From Octopus vulgaris (Eukaryota): DNA of 64,000 nt. The position numbers and the translations under genes are program-made. Positions within the stretch are counted from its first letter, which is position 1. Every line of letters starts with the position of its first letter. Positions 28,912 through 42,853 of this stretch are shown one piece after another. Under the pieces are notes generated by a model. That model saw nothing but the letters and a program-made list of their open reading frames with translations. It was not told where the DNA came from and ran no database searches. Location of the stretch: the NCBI GenBank assembly GCA_951406725.2, contig OX597827.1, forward strand, positions 65,286,001 to 65,350,000. The letters run 5' to 3'.

Positions 28912-29153
28912 TATAAATTATTTGATGGATTCTCACAGCTTATTTTGCTGGGTATGATGGAAAGTGTCCGCTGTCCATAGCAAGCAAACAAAGGTGACAT
29001 TTGTTTACTGGTCATGCTTCAATAATTCTCTGAAGAATTATTGCAGTTTCGAAGCAATGCTGATTTTTGTAGGTGTTCTACCATTACATTTGTAGCAATC
29101 TTTTTGATCCATGTTGGTAGTTGAGTGCTGATACTTCCAAGTGCACCAATTAT
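28912..29153 (-). mobile_element. 3' end of R4/Dong-clade (restriction-like endonuclease) LINE
   Basis: Minus frame IIGALGSISTQLPTWIKKIATNVMVEHLQKSALL matches the C-terminal VIGALG...LQKxxLLG signature; short 3'UTR runs into (TAA)n at 28858-28910. Confidence 0.75.
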
Positions 29154-29181
29154 CATCATCACCACCGCCACCACCACCACC

Positions 29182-29215
<34 letters not shown>

Positions 29216-30000
29216 TCATCATCATTATTTAATGAGAGAGCAGCGAGTGCCATGAAAGTGACACTGGTGTAGAAATATACGAAGCCCAATATACCCGACA
29301 CGACTGCCTGTCCAATAAGCGTGGACAGGAATCTGCATCACATCACAGTCATATATATATATATGCAGGCGATTCTGATAATGATTATGATGTTTATGAC
29401 GGTGATGCCGTAAATGGAATTGAAAGAAAAATCCGCAAAATGTATAGGAAACAGGAAGAAGAAGTAAGTATGGAGGTGTACAAAGCATAAATAATTGCAT
29501 AGTAATCTCTAGCATATATTACAAAATACAGAGGAAATACATAAACTTAATAATTAGATACGTATCTAGCTAGAGAAATAACCAATCTAGTATTAGCGTT
29601 AGTTATATTACTCAAGTGGTAGTTGTTGTTGTTGTTATTGTTGTAATATGCCGGTAATAACAACGACGTTGCTAATATTACAACTATTAATCTTAATAGC
29701 ATTGTTAATGTTTTATTTTTCTGCTTACATTTTTGCTTTTTGCTTTTTGTTTTTATCTCGTTACCTGTTATGAATAATGTGAAACTTACGATGGTTTTTA
29801 AGTTGAAATTTTTGAATTTCTGCATTACTCTCTGTTTTTCATTTTTCAAATATGTTCAACCAAAAGAAGACAAACATACTCTCGAAATATTGCTCCTTTG
29901 AATAAATAGTGTCAATCTATATTTTATTACGTATCATATCGCTCTATTCTCATTAGGCATTTATTATTTTTTTTTGGAGTCGTACGTCAAGCTTTGTGTA

Positions 30001-30081
<81 letters not shown>

Positions 30082-30101
30082 CAATAACAATAACAACAAC
30101 A

Positions 30102-30136
<35 letters not shown>

Positions 30137-30179
30137 AATAATAATAATGATGTTAATAATAATAATAATAATAATAATG

Positions 30180-30235
<56 letters not shown>

Positions 30236-30351
30236 TAATAACAATGAGGATAATGATGATGATAATAATAATGATAATAATAATAATGATAATGATAACA
30301 ATAATGATAATAATAACAATAATGATAATAATAATAATAATAATAATAATA

Positions 30352-30410
<59 letters not shown>
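30001..30410. repeat. (AAT)n tract switching to (ATT)n
   Basis: Direct inspection; strand switch near 30352. Confidence 0.95.
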
Positions 30411-30685
30411 CCACTTCTTTCATTTTTCTTCCATTTCTTATATAGTGTCTTCCAGACGTCTAGCGCATAGGAACTCATGTATACATAGGTAGACCATTAC
30501 AATAAACGTACAAGATTGTTCATGTACAACGTCACGTGATAGAAAAAGGGGAAGAGAGAAATTGAACTCAAAACGTATAGTCGGAAAATGCCACTAAACC
30601 TTTTTTATCTGGTGAGATTACCATGTTGATGATACCGATAATGACTACTACTACTCTACTACTACTACTTTTTTTTTTTATGCGC

Positions 30686-30980
30686 CCTTTCCAAGCCTAG
30701 CCAGGCTCACGGGCCTGGTTCCCCGGTTTCTGTGGCGTACGTGCCCCCCCCCCCAGCTGGACGGGACGCCAATCCATCGTAGCGTTACTCAAGAAACAGG
30801 AAGAAAGATTGAGAGAAAGTTGGGGCGAAAGAGTACAACATGGGTCGTCACTACCCCCTGCCGGAGCCTCGTCGTGTTTTAGGTGTTTTCGCTCAATAAA
30901 CACACACGCGCCCGGTCTGGGAATCGAAAGCGCGATCTTCAGAGTCCGCTGCCCTAACCACTGGGACATTGCATCTCCAC
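30686..30980 (-). mobile_element. SINE family C
   Basis: Minus strand tggagatgcaatgtcccagtggttagggcagcggactc...tttattgagcgaaaacacctaaa. Confidence 0.88.
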
Positions 30981-31739
30981 TAGTACTACTTCTACTACTA
31001 AAATTGATAATAGTAACAAGAAGGAAATCTAAAAAGAAAAATTCAAAGGAAGAGACAAACAAACATTATAGAGTCGAAGTGGTGTCTCTGCTTGAGAATT
31101 GCGATTCTACAATGGAATTCTTTAAACGTAAACGTTTGCTTAAATAAAGAAATACAAACGAGTGGGAAAGTTGTTTAGTTTAATACATCCGCGAGCAAAC
31201 TCAAACAGGTTGTGGCGGATTAGGACGAAAATCAAATGTCATCAAACCTGTTGAAAGACAATCTTATAGAAACAACATGAGAATGTTCTTGAGATAGCAA
31301 AGCGAATAGAAAGAAAGTTTTGATAATGTTTATTCTCCAAACAGGCTTCTGTAATTGTGGTTCTAAGACAGATTACAACACAAATGGTAAGAACGGAAGA
31401 GTCTTTCATTTTGAACAAATAATGATAGCGCCATTTTGGTGCCATGTATTATGACAGTAATTCAGGAAATGGTGAGAATAATTGTTATTTTATGGACAGT
31501 TTTATTGGAAGTGGATCTAGAAACAGAAGCGGAGAGTGAAGTCGAGTCGATATCATGGCTGTGTAGAGTATAAATGTTGAACGGATCGTTTCCAGTAAAC
31601 GGTGATGGACAACAACATATTAGATAAAGTGGTCCCCTGCAGCGTATCCTCTCGCTTCAAAGAATGGGGTTAACGACGTCTAGATGAGTGGTTTCTAAAA
31701 CTGAGAAAAATGCGTCTAAATCTAACAAGTGAGGTATTG

Positions 31740-32030
31740 ACTGGAGTGGCACTACGTCAGTTACGACGACGAGTGATTCAGTTGATACTATCAGCTTAAC
31801 GGTATGCTCGTGAAATTAACGTGCAAGTGGCTAAGCGCTCCACAGACGCGCAATTTTCAGGGAGATTCATTGTAACAGAGAACGGTTACTGGTACAAGTC
31901 ATTTTTGCCAGCTGGGTAAACTGGAGTAACGTTAAATAAATCGCATTGCTCAGGGGCACAACTCACCACCAGGCATCGAACTCATGACCTTAGCATCGTG
32001 AGGTGAATACCGTATCCACTAAGACACGCA
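31740..32030 (-). mobile_element. SINE with family D head and family C type-1 3' part
   Basis: 31740-31850 matches the reverse complement of 9035-9141; 31890-32030 is a tRNA head plus CORE-like cccctgagcaa...ttactccagtttacccagctg. Confidence 0.65.
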
Positions 32031-32197
32031 TGAGGTATTGGCACTGTGCTAGAACGCTGGATAATATAGCGTGCTAAGGTCACTTTTCATGTTATCTTTT
32101 TGAGTGCAAAAAAATGCACCAACATAGGGCGGCAGCCCGGTGGAACTGTCAAAATGTGAGACCCCCACCACCAGCACACCCCACCATTATATGCCAA

Positions 32198-32585
32198 CTT
32201 ATTTCTTTATTGCCCACAAGGGGCTACACACAGAGGGCACAAACAAGGACAGACAAACGGATTAAGTCGATTACCTCGACCCCAGGGCGTAACTGGTACT
32301 TACTTAATCGACCTCGGCAGAATTTAAACTCAGAACGTAGCAGCAGACGAAATACCTATTTCTTTACTACCAACAAGGGGCTAAACACAGAGGGGACAAA
32401 CATTGACAGAAAAACGGATTAAGTCGATTACATCGACCCCAGTGCGTAACCGGTACTTAATTTTATCGACCTCGAAAGGATCAAAGGCAAAGTCGACCTC
32501 GGCGGAATTTGAACTCAGAATGGAATGGCAGACGAAATACGGCTACGCACTTCGCCCGGCGTGCTAACATTTCTGCCTCGCCGCC
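32198..32585 (-). mobile_element. SINE family B dimer
   Basis: Two units joined at cgaaatac|ctatttctttac (about 32355). Confidence 0.9.
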
Positions 32586-33410
32586 ATAGTCTACGTGTCA
32601 TCTTGGGCGTGTGGACCTAATCTCTCACTCGTTCTAACACCGACTCATTATCCTTAGTTGTCTCTAACAGAGACAACTCCGGCACCAGAAGTCGGGTCAA
32701 GTCTCAGATTTGAGGATACCTTCCAACCCCTCTATACACACGTGACTGAGGCTTTAGAATGAATATAGGTACTGCCTTCTTTACTGGATAAAAAATAAAA
32801 CGAAAAATGTTGCAATATCGTTTTGCCTTCACTTTTTATTAATGAGAAAACAAATTGGAAATTACATCTACACAATTCTTCCCTGTTTGTCATAATTTTA
32901 TCAGATTTCTCCTTTTGAGTGTGGAGAGCACGTCGCATGTGAATAAGTAGATTAGAATACGGCTAGCCATTTGATGAGGACTGTCCGATATCATGTTTGT
33001 TCTAAAACAATTGTTGCATCACTAACAAAACACCACCACCACCATATAAGTATCACGACGACGACGACGACCACCACCACCACCACCCCAACAACAACGA
33101 CGACAAAGATGACGATGACAACTACAAAATTAATAACAGCGACAATTCTATATGTTGCAGATATTCTCTTGAGCTGAAAATCTCTAAATTAAGTTGATAG
33201 TAAACACATACCGTTTCGAAGTTACAGTTGGCTATCACAATTTTTAATCAAAATAGAGGTACAGTAACATCTACCTGATAACTGAATGAGCCAGCCACAG
33301 TCGCCATACTTTCCAATAATGAAAAGCAAAATGAGGATGATTCATTAACTTACAGTAACCAAGATAGTCAATGACAACTGAAATGTGATAATTTTGTGTC
33401 TTACCCACAG

Positions 33411-33454
<44 letters not shown>

Positions 33455-33721
33455 TATCGCACTACCTGCTTTTTCTTTTCATTATGACACCAGAAGTGGA
33501 TTTGAGTGAAATGTGGTTCTTATTTTTCGCAGATTAAATGGTCAGTTAGAGGTCATCTCAGCGGATTAAAACTAATTTTAACAAATGTTTGTGTTGTTTA
33601 ACAATTTCAAAGTATAAGCGACGGGTATACCATGTATGCGGTCGATTGTCAAAGGCCTTTGCTAATATTTGTCGGTTGCATGTTTCTACAAGAAGTCATG
33701 TCAATGTTCTCATAGCGTTAA

Positions 33722-33930
33722 AGTGATGAGCTGGCCGAATCGTTAGCACGCCGGGTAAAATGCTTGGTGGCATTTCGTCCGTCTTTAAGCTCTGAGTTCA
33801 AATTTCTCATTGGTAGATTTTCCCTTTCATTTTTTGGGGTTCGATTTAAATAAGTACCAGTTGAATACTGTGATCCGTGTAATTGAACAACCCCAACATT
33901 AACGGTTTTGTGCAAAAATTTACAACCAAT
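33722..33930 (+). mobile_element. degenerate SINE family B
   Basis: gagctggccgaatcgttagcacgccggg...gagttcaaatt. Confidence 0.8.
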
Positions 33931-33956
33931 ATACTATCCACAATTCGATTACATTA

Positions 33957-33991
<35 letters not shown>

Positions 33992-35174
33992 ATCATGCAT
34001 ATTTGTGTATGTATATAGATATATATATTACACACACACCTATCAAGAAACAGATACGTTCTTATACACATATATGTACGTATGTATTATACACACGCAC
34101 ACACATATATATTCAGATGTGGACAACGTGTTCTGCAAGTTTACCATCTCAGCCATTTACTATACTATCACAAACTTGCAGATCTGATTTATAATTTCTC
34201 GTAAAAACTCCCCTCCCCTATCATCATTCATCCCATCCAAACATCGATCTTACGTGACTCTCTCTATATATTTCAAATTCAACAGCGGATGTGTTGCATG
34301 AAAGGGGATTTCCTCTACTGAAATTGGATTCCTGTCTACATCTGATAGTTTCCGTTGAGTGTCTGCCTTAATTACAGTCGCTCTTCTTGCTGCTGTTAGC
34401 TTTGTCAATGTCACTTATTGCAACGACCGCTGTTATCGTTGTTGTTACTTTCGCTGTTGATGTATTCGTTAATTTTCTTGTTGATTTTTGATGAATGTTG
34501 CTCTTATTATAAATAATATTTATGCACCTTCTGACTATTACTCTGATGGTGTTATTTCTTCTTTTTACTTTTGTCATTGTTTTGTATAATTTTTTTCCAA
34601 TCGTTCATCATAGAATTTATAGCGTCTGAAAGCTTCGATATCATTTTTCTCTTATGCTTCTTTTTTTTTTTTCAGGATGATGCTTCAGTGCTATTTTTAT
34701 ATGATGAGATATTATAGAAACACTATACAAAACTATACTAATATCTCCAAATATTTCAGCATCATTTACTAACCGCTTCTTAGTGTGAATGAAAGACGAT
34801 TCTTTTGTCCGTTCGTACCTCACTATATCTCTGGTAAATTGGGGAATTTCAACCGTGTTTCGTGGTCTGCTACCACAACAGCTCCTTTATAGGATCCATT
34901 TAGCTCAAGACATCATTAAGAGGAATCACGACCTGTTTCGGCCCCTACTCCTCTACCGTTTTGTCGTGGCAGCCCTCCTCCTTTTGGTGGTGTCTTCAGC
35001 TCTGATGTTGGGTGCATGTCTTCTTTCTTCTTCTCTCTTCTGTTCCCTAGCCTCTTCGATATAGCGTGAAAGAGTATCAGCGGGCGACTGACTGACTTGT
35101 CAAATTTTTTCCCTTTAAATACCTGCTGCTAGGCTCCAGCAGCAGGTATTTAATATAATATTTCAGTAGTCAAT

Positions 35175-35390
35175 AAGACGGCGCGCTGGCAGAATCGAAA
35201 ACACGCGGTGCTAAACGCATAGCAGGATTTCGTTCGTCTTTATATTTTGAATTCAAACTACACCAATGTCATCTTTGCCATCCATAATATCGAGGTCGGT
35301 AAAATATGTTACGATTGAGTACTGGGGTCGATGTGAACGACTTACCCACTCCTCGAAGGTACTGGGTTTGTGCCACAATTTGAAACCAAT
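35175..35390 (+). mobile_element. degenerate SINE family B
   Basis: ggcgcgctggcagaatcg...actggggtcgatgt. Confidence 0.75.
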
Positions 35391-36726
35391 AGCTAAATAG
35401 TAAATAACTATATGAAGTTCCACGATGAATACATATCTCTTGAGATTATCTGCGCATCAGATAATATTTACGGTATGACTAGTGGATGATCTTTCTGCAA
35501 TAAGAAAGACTACATCCAAAAGTCAGTTATGCAAATAATATGAAACAATTTATCTGTAATCCCTGTACGACAGTCACCGTCTCATGACAATAATGTTCTA
35601 TCAGTTTTTGTTTTCTATGTTTTTATTTTTATTTGCGTTTATAGTCAGAGTAAATGTGACGATATCACATGCGGTATTTGTTACGACTCTCTAAACACTG
35701 AGATCATAACATCGCTGAGGTCAACTTTGTACTTCATTTTTTCCAGGTCGATATAAATATACTGCAGAACAGTAATTTGGCGATACCTTTAAAGACTTGG
35801 GTGATATATCCTGTAGTATCAGTCTAGGCCCGATCATTTCTGGTATCGTCCTTTTCCACAACAAGGTAAAGTTCATGCGAGAGGTGTTGCCTGTACTTTG
35901 ATCAAAATTAGTAAAAGACAGGAAAGAAAATTTCTTGCATGAACAGCTACCAGTTAGCAATAAAACATCCTTGTCCAGACCTACGTATAACCAAAACGTT
36001 CCATCCAAATGGACGCTGTTCCCTTGCTTTTTACAAAATGGCTACCAGCTTACAAACACACGACGTTACTGTCTTACACCGCATACGCTGCCCAAAATTC
36101 GTACTCAGTTTCAACATCTAGAACCTTCAAAATTGGACATAAAAATCATTTCTAACATTCCATTCTTTCCTCTTATTTCCAAACGACAGAATCCATATTT
36201 CAATATTTTTAGTATATCGTTTAAAATTGTTTCTTAAATCTCTTTTAAAATTAAGAGGTATTTTCAACGGCATTCAAGTACAAATAGCCTCAATGCTATA
36301 AAATGCATGTCTTTTCCTTTAAAATTTTCGTTATTAGTTTTACAGCACTTACTAGCCTCCATGGCATTTCTGCTTTTGATGTTTTCTTTATTCACACTCA
36401 ATTCCATCGATATTTATCGGAACTATAGTCAAAGTCAATAATCCACCCGTGATAATCCCGTCGGCGATCAAGGCTCTCCATGCTGCCAAGATCTAATGTT
36501 TCAATAATTCATTGGATCTTTCCTTTGCCTTTTGTTGGCTTATTTGCAGTTTACTCTGTTAGTCTCTTGATTTCCTGATTGTAAACTTCAGCCACAGTTC
36601 CTATTTTCCTAGAGGCAAACGAACTGATTCACCTGATATGATATAACTGTACACCTACAAGGATACATACAACGAAATAGCCTAAAAAGAGGAAAAGAAA
36701 TTTTCTCCGTGGCCATGCATATATAT

Positions 36727-36757
36727 ATGTATGTATGTATATATGTATGTATGTATG

Positions 36758-36791
<34 letters not shown>

Positions 36792-37235
36792 TGTATTTAT
36801 GTATGTATGTATGTATGTATGTATGTATGTATATGTGTGTGTATGTATGTATGTATGTATGTATTTATGTATGTATGTATGTATGTGTGTGTATGTATGT
36901 ATGTGTGTGTGTATGTGTGTCTGTATGTATGTATGTATATACGTATGTATGTGTGTATGCATGTATGTATGTATGTATGTATGTGTATATATGTTTGTAT
37001 GTATGCATGCATGCATGTATGTATGTATGCATGCATGTATGTATGTATGTATGTATGTATGTATGTATGTATGTATGTATGTATGTGTGTGTGTATGTAT
37101 GTATGTATGTATGTATGTATGTATGTATGTATGTATGTATGTATATGTGTGTGTGTATGCCAGGCTGAAAAAGAGAGTCTAGAAGAACAGAAAACTGACT
37201 ACAAACACTAATATCTATATGCATGTACATATATA

Positions 37236-37271
<36 letters not shown>

Positions 37272-37372
37272 TGTATGTATGTATGTATGTATGTATGTAT
37301 GTATGTATGTATGTATGTATGTGTGTGTGTGTGTGTATATGTGTATGTATGTGTGTGTGTGTGTGTGTGTGT
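36727..37372. repeat. (ATGT)n compound microsatellite
   Basis: Direct inspection; interrupted by an RTE piece at 37159-37215. Confidence 0.95.
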
Positions 37373-37642
37373 GCCATGCTGAAGAAGATAGACAAGAAGA
37401 ACAGAAAACAAACTACAAACACTAATATTGCGTCCTTAGCACACTACGGTAGCGAGAAATGGAGCGTCTACTCCAGACAAGAAGGACATCTCAACGGCTT
37501 CCCCCTACATGGACTGAGACGCATCGTCTATATCAACCAAGAGACCCGACCGAATCAGCACCACTGAAGTCCTCAACCACGCCAAGATACCCAACATGTT
37601 CACCCTGCTCGAACAGAGCCGTCTTGTCTAGCTTGGTCGCGT
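37373..37642 (+). mobile_element. degenerate RTE (BovB-like) LINE fragment
   Basis: YGSEKWSVYSRQEGHLNGF..GLRRI, then ISTTEVLNHAKIPNMFTLLEQSRL.*LG; first ~55 bp duplicated at 37159-37215. Confidence 0.75.
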
Positions 37643-37657
37643 ATTTGATATATTTGT

Positions 37658-37688
<31 letters not shown>

Positions 37689-38104
37689 CACAAACATTCG
37701 GTTTACATGTTACAATACATTTCGATATTTGATACAACTGAGATGCATAAAATACTTTTGAATAAAATATTTACCAACTGATTCTCGACAAAAGCAATAA
37801 GCGGAAGATATCAAGATACGTAATTCTTATACGGAATGAAATTCTTTCAAAGAAAATTGATTTTTTAAAAGATTTCTTTCTTCTGTCTGACGTAAATACC
37901 ACTAACAACGTCAGTGTTATCGGACTCTATGTCACCGCAGTTTCTAAAGAGAGAACCATTATGTTGCTTCCTGTATATAGATAACCTGAATCAATATTGA
38001 AGATATGTCAACTAATTGGAGATATCTCTCACAGAAAACAGAATTTCCGAATCATAAATTTCCATACATACACTCACAACCACACAAATATATGTAAATT
38101 CATA

Positions 38105-38170
<66 letters not shown>

Positions 38171-38206
38171 TATATACATATACTTATATGTATATATATA
38201 TATATA

Positions 38207-38259
<53 letters not shown>

Positions 38260-39036
38260 ATATATATATATTATGCATATATGTATATGCTTTGTACTTT
38301 GTATTCAGGTATTTTAGGAAGTGAAACTAACATGATTAAAATCAACAATGCGGCAACAATGGCATTGGAAATGGTCAGAGAAACTGAGAGAAATTAATAA
38401 CGATATCACTGCAATCACACACTATTGACAAAAGCCTAGGCGCATGTAGTGCTACACAATTAAAAGGATATGATTGCCACGGTGGTAACAATTTGATCAT
38501 GGCTCTACTAAATCAGGATCGATCGATGAAGACCAAATAAATGCATATGTAATGAGATCGCATGCAAATATAATCGTACATCACATTAGAACATTCATAC
38601 ACCCATATACACGCAAATACTCAGACAGCGACAGATCCAGGGGTTGAACGGACAATATGATAGAAACATATTGTTAAATGGAAATTTTATTTTCCAATTC
38701 GGTGTTGGTTCTTCACAGCTTTAATACACTGAGGAATTGACTCTGTACAGGTTCTGAAAGTTTGTTACGGTATTTGGAAACATTCTCCAAGTAAAGTGTG
38801 TTTTAGTTCCAACAGAGGCGATATTGAGTGTACGCAGATCTTCACCTGCTACTTCAAAATACGCGATAAATATTTGATTATATTGAAAACCGGTGATCAT
38901 GGAGAATGGGCGGGTGGTAATATCCTCCATTTCACTTATGTGTACTTCTTTCCAAATTTGAATAACACTAGGCATATGAATCGACGTATTTTCAGGATTG
39001 CTCAACTACCAGGGAACAATATTTGTACCATAGAAT

Positions 39037-39457
39037 AGGGCGGCGAGCTGGCAGAAACGTTAGCACGCTGAGCGAATAGTATTTCGTCTTTCGCTACGTT
39101 CTGAGTTCAAATTCCGCCGAGGTTGACTTCGCTTTTTATCCGTTCGGGGTCTATTAGATAAGTACTAGTTACGCACTGGGGTCGATGTAATCAACTTAAT
39201 CCATTTTTCTGTCATTGTTTATCCCCGCTATGTTTACCCCCTTGAGGGCAATAAAGAAATAAGAAACGTTAGCACGTCGGGCGCAATGCTTAGCGGTATT
39301 TCGTCTGTCTTTACGTTCTGAGTTCAAATTCCCCGAGGTCGACATTGCATTTCATCCTTCCGGGATTGATGAATTAAGTACCAGTTGCATACTGGGGTCG
39401 CTCTAATCGACTGTCCCCCTCCTCAAATATTACGGGCCTTGTAGAGTAGAAAAGAAT
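39037..39457 (+). mobile_element. SINE family B dimer with two different tails
   Basis: Unit 1 ends gggcaataaagaaata; unit 2 starts agaaacgttagcacg and ends gggccttgtagagtagaaaagaat. Confidence 0.88.
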
Positions 39458-39834
39458 TACCTAAAAACCTGTCTGTAGTATTTTGTTTAACCCCTATATA
39501 AACGCCCACACATTAAGCATATACAGTAAGCAACGCCACATAAGTTTGTCATGCACAAGATTTCATACACACGCAAGCTACCAAGCGTAAAAATACACCC
39601 TGACACAATCATCTACACATTTTTTAACACTGGTTTTCTAAATTCATTTCATAGAATGTTATTTTACGCTAGTTCACAGCTTTTCATCCGTTGTCGTGTT
39701 TTCCCATATTTTGTTCGCACAAACTATCTTTGTATATTTCCCTCTCTCTCTGTTTCATCTTTCGCCACTTTTCCTCCTGACAATAGACTTATATCCGAAG
39801 CGTCACTGTTACTCATCTCTATCTCTTCAGACTT

Positions 39835-40262
39835 ATTCTTTTATTCTCTTTCTTGTTTTAGTCTGCGGCAATGCTGGAGCATCGCCTTAAAGGGTTTTTT
39901 TCTTCCCTTTTAGCGTAACACATAGACCCTAGAACTCGTTTCGTAAGCCTAGTACTTATTTCATCTATTGTTTTTTGCCGAACCGCTAAGTTATGGGGAC
40001 GTAAACACTCCTTGAGAAGCTGTCTAGCGGTAATTAAGAGACAAACCCACACGCAGATATATATATATACACACACACACACACACTCACATATATATAT
40101 ATATACACAACGGACTTATTTCAATTTTCGTCTACCAAATCAACTCACAAGGCTTTGGTCGGTCCAAGGCTATATTAAAAACACTTCCCCCCAAGTTGAC
40201 ACGCAGTGGATCGAACCCGGAACCATGTAACTGGAAAGCATGCTTCCTACCACACAGCCACG
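39835..40262 (-). mobile_element. SINE family A, diverged full length
   Basis: Reverse complement match to family A. Confidence 0.85.
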
Positions 40263-41329
40263 AACACATTATATATTTCATCGCTTCACATTTTAGTTCT
40301 GTAGTAGTCATTCAACAATTATATTGCATTTTTATTTTAATTTTGCTTTCTATAATCTAATTCCTTCAAAGTTTCTATATTAGTTGGAATCTGGAAAATA
40401 CTGAATATTATTAAGAAATGACCAAAGAAACATCAAAACGAAATCAAAAGAATATTCAGTGAAATATGAAGACAATGTAAATTAATTATAAAAACGTCAC
40501 TTTGTGCAAAATGGAAATTATAAAAACGAGAATAATTCACTATAAATCTATTATTGGCAGCCGAAGGATTATGTCTTAAGTACGTGTCGGAATCTGAATC
40601 CGATTCTAATGAGTGGATTAATGACATTACGATGATGTGATATTTCTCTGACTTCTCAGCGTTAAATTGGCTTTCTCTGTTATGTATCAGTGTGTACGAT
40701 TAATTTGAGATCATTGAAGAGGATTACACTACACAATAACATCAAATGTCTTTTGGGAAAAACATATCATTTACGGAGATGAGCGGATCCTAGAGGCTCT
40801 GCACTGCCTTCCGAAGTTGCTAGAAAGTTCAGCCACTTGTCCTTGTCCACTTGTCCGCATTTCTTTCCATGTTAGAAAATGGGTTACGTTATATAATGTG
40901 ATCATAGGGAACATATTAAAGTGAATCATGGTTGAAAATTCTCTGCCCAGTCAAGTTTTTCATTCATCAAACGGTAAAATAATTGGTTTAGATACAAAAA
41001 TTCTCAGTCCAGTGCAATGGAAGAGCAAAATAATCAGAGCGACGGACTGGATATTTTGTGTGATTTTATTTGACTGTATTCAAATGCAAACACGCTCTTA
41101 TTGAACTATCAGAACGTTTGCCGTTATTCGGAAGCAGTATTCTGATTTCGGGATACTTTAATTCACTAAAATTCTTTCTCAACGCCTTTAAAATCTGCAA
41201 CGTTAATAAATAAATTCATAAATGCATTTGCAGACTACTTTTTTTAAAGGAGAAATCAGGGAGAATACACAGGTATTAGAAATGAACGTTGACAAGAAAC
41301 ACATTCAGCATTTCAATACACGTCGTATC

Positions 41330-41545
41330 TAAGGTGCTGAGCTGGTAGAATCGTTAACACACCGGGCGAAATGCTCAGCGGGCATGTCACTGTCTTTAGG
41401 TTCTGAGGTGAAATTCCGAAGAGATCGCCTTTGCTTTTCGTTCGTTCGGGGTCGACAACATGATTACTAGCTGAGTACTTAGGTCGACGTAATTAATTTA
41501 CTCCCTCCCTTAATATTGCCGACCTTCAGTCATAATTTGAAACTA
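41330..41545 (+). mobile_element. degenerate SINE family B
   Basis: gagctggtagaatcgttaacacaccgggcgaaatgc...ttcggggtcga. Confidence 0.75.
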
Positions 41546-41676
41546 CTATGTGAGGTATCTTATCTTTTAAATTATACGCATTTCAGTGATTGTACAACGG
41601 CCATACTTGTTGGACAGCCTTAATTTGTTGACAACATCGGTATATATTTAGTTGATGTCGTTTTACGAACCGCCAG

Positions 41677-41870
41677 GCTTTTGGAGGATGAATAAACCTA
41701 CACCCGCTTTCAAGAGGTGAGGTGGAGAAACAGAAATAAAAAGATATCTGTGTGCGCACAAACACGCACATATATGTACGCGCGCGCACACATACACACT
41801 CCTGTATGCAACTCTCTGAGTATCCCTGTCTTTCTGTGTGTCTATCTATCTATCTATCTATCTATCAATC

Positions 41871-41927
<57 letters not shown>

Positions 41928-41944
41928 GTATATATACATAGATT

Positions 41945-41998
<54 letters not shown>

Positions 41999-42162
41999 CA
42001 CACAGACAGACAGGGATACTCAGAGAGTTGCATGCAGGAGTGTGTATGTGTGCGCGCGAGTACATGTATGTGTGTGTTTATGCGCACACAGGTATCTGTT
42101 TAGTTGTGCTTCTCCACCTCACCTCTTGAAAGTGGGTGTAGGTTTGTTCATCCTCCAAAAGC
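41677..42162. repeat. inverted duplication centred on (TA)n
   Basis: 41677-41885 matches the reverse complement of 41925-42162 with scattered substitutions; both arms include the (ATCT)n tract. Confidence 0.9.
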
Positions 42163-42590
42163 GTGTTATATGGTAGTGAAACATGGGCTACCACAAAGAG
42201 AGAAGAGAAAAGACTGGTAACGGCTCAAAGAGCCATGGAAAGGTCAATGCTTAGTATCTCGTTGAGAGAGCACGTAAGTAGCAAGATCATCAGAAAGAAG
42301 TCCGGCGTGAGAGATGTCATCGCAGAGTATACACGCAGCAAGTATAGATGGGCTGGACACGTCGCCCGGCTCACCGATAATCGGTGGACGCACGCAGTTG
42401 CAGAGTGGTACCCGCGTGAGCGGAAAAGACCACCCGGAAGACCTCCACGACGGTGGAGTTACGATTTCAGGAGGACGATTGGGATCACGTGGATGAGAAA
42501 GGCGCGATCCAGAGAGGAGTGGACTGCGTGCTGTGACCAGCGGTGTCAAATGGACGCCTGACGGACTGGTTGGTCAACGTGATCAAGGTG
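42163..42590 (+). mobile_element. 5'-truncated RTE-clade LINE, open C-terminal ORF (132 aa) plus short 3'UTR
   Basis: LYGSETW, AQRAMERSML, RWAGHVAR..DNRWT, WYPRERKRPPGRPPRRW motifs; ends at (TA)n. Confidence 0.93.
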
Positions 42591-42615
42591 ATATATATAT
42601 ATGTATATATATATG

Positions 42616-42721
<106 letters not shown>

Positions 42722-42740
42722 GTATATATATATGTATGTA

Positions 42741-42783
<43 letters not shown>

Positions 42784-42790
42784 GTATATA

Positions 42791-42849
<59 letters not shown>

Positions 42850-42853
42850 GTAT

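Noticed and set aside
34925-35002. Minus-strand CUGAAGA...GAAACAGGUC hammerhead-like words
   Set aside because: Stems I and II do not pair
38721-39005. 94-aa non-repetitive ORF on the minus strand
   Set aside because: No recognisable domain or convincing splice signals; length compatible with chance
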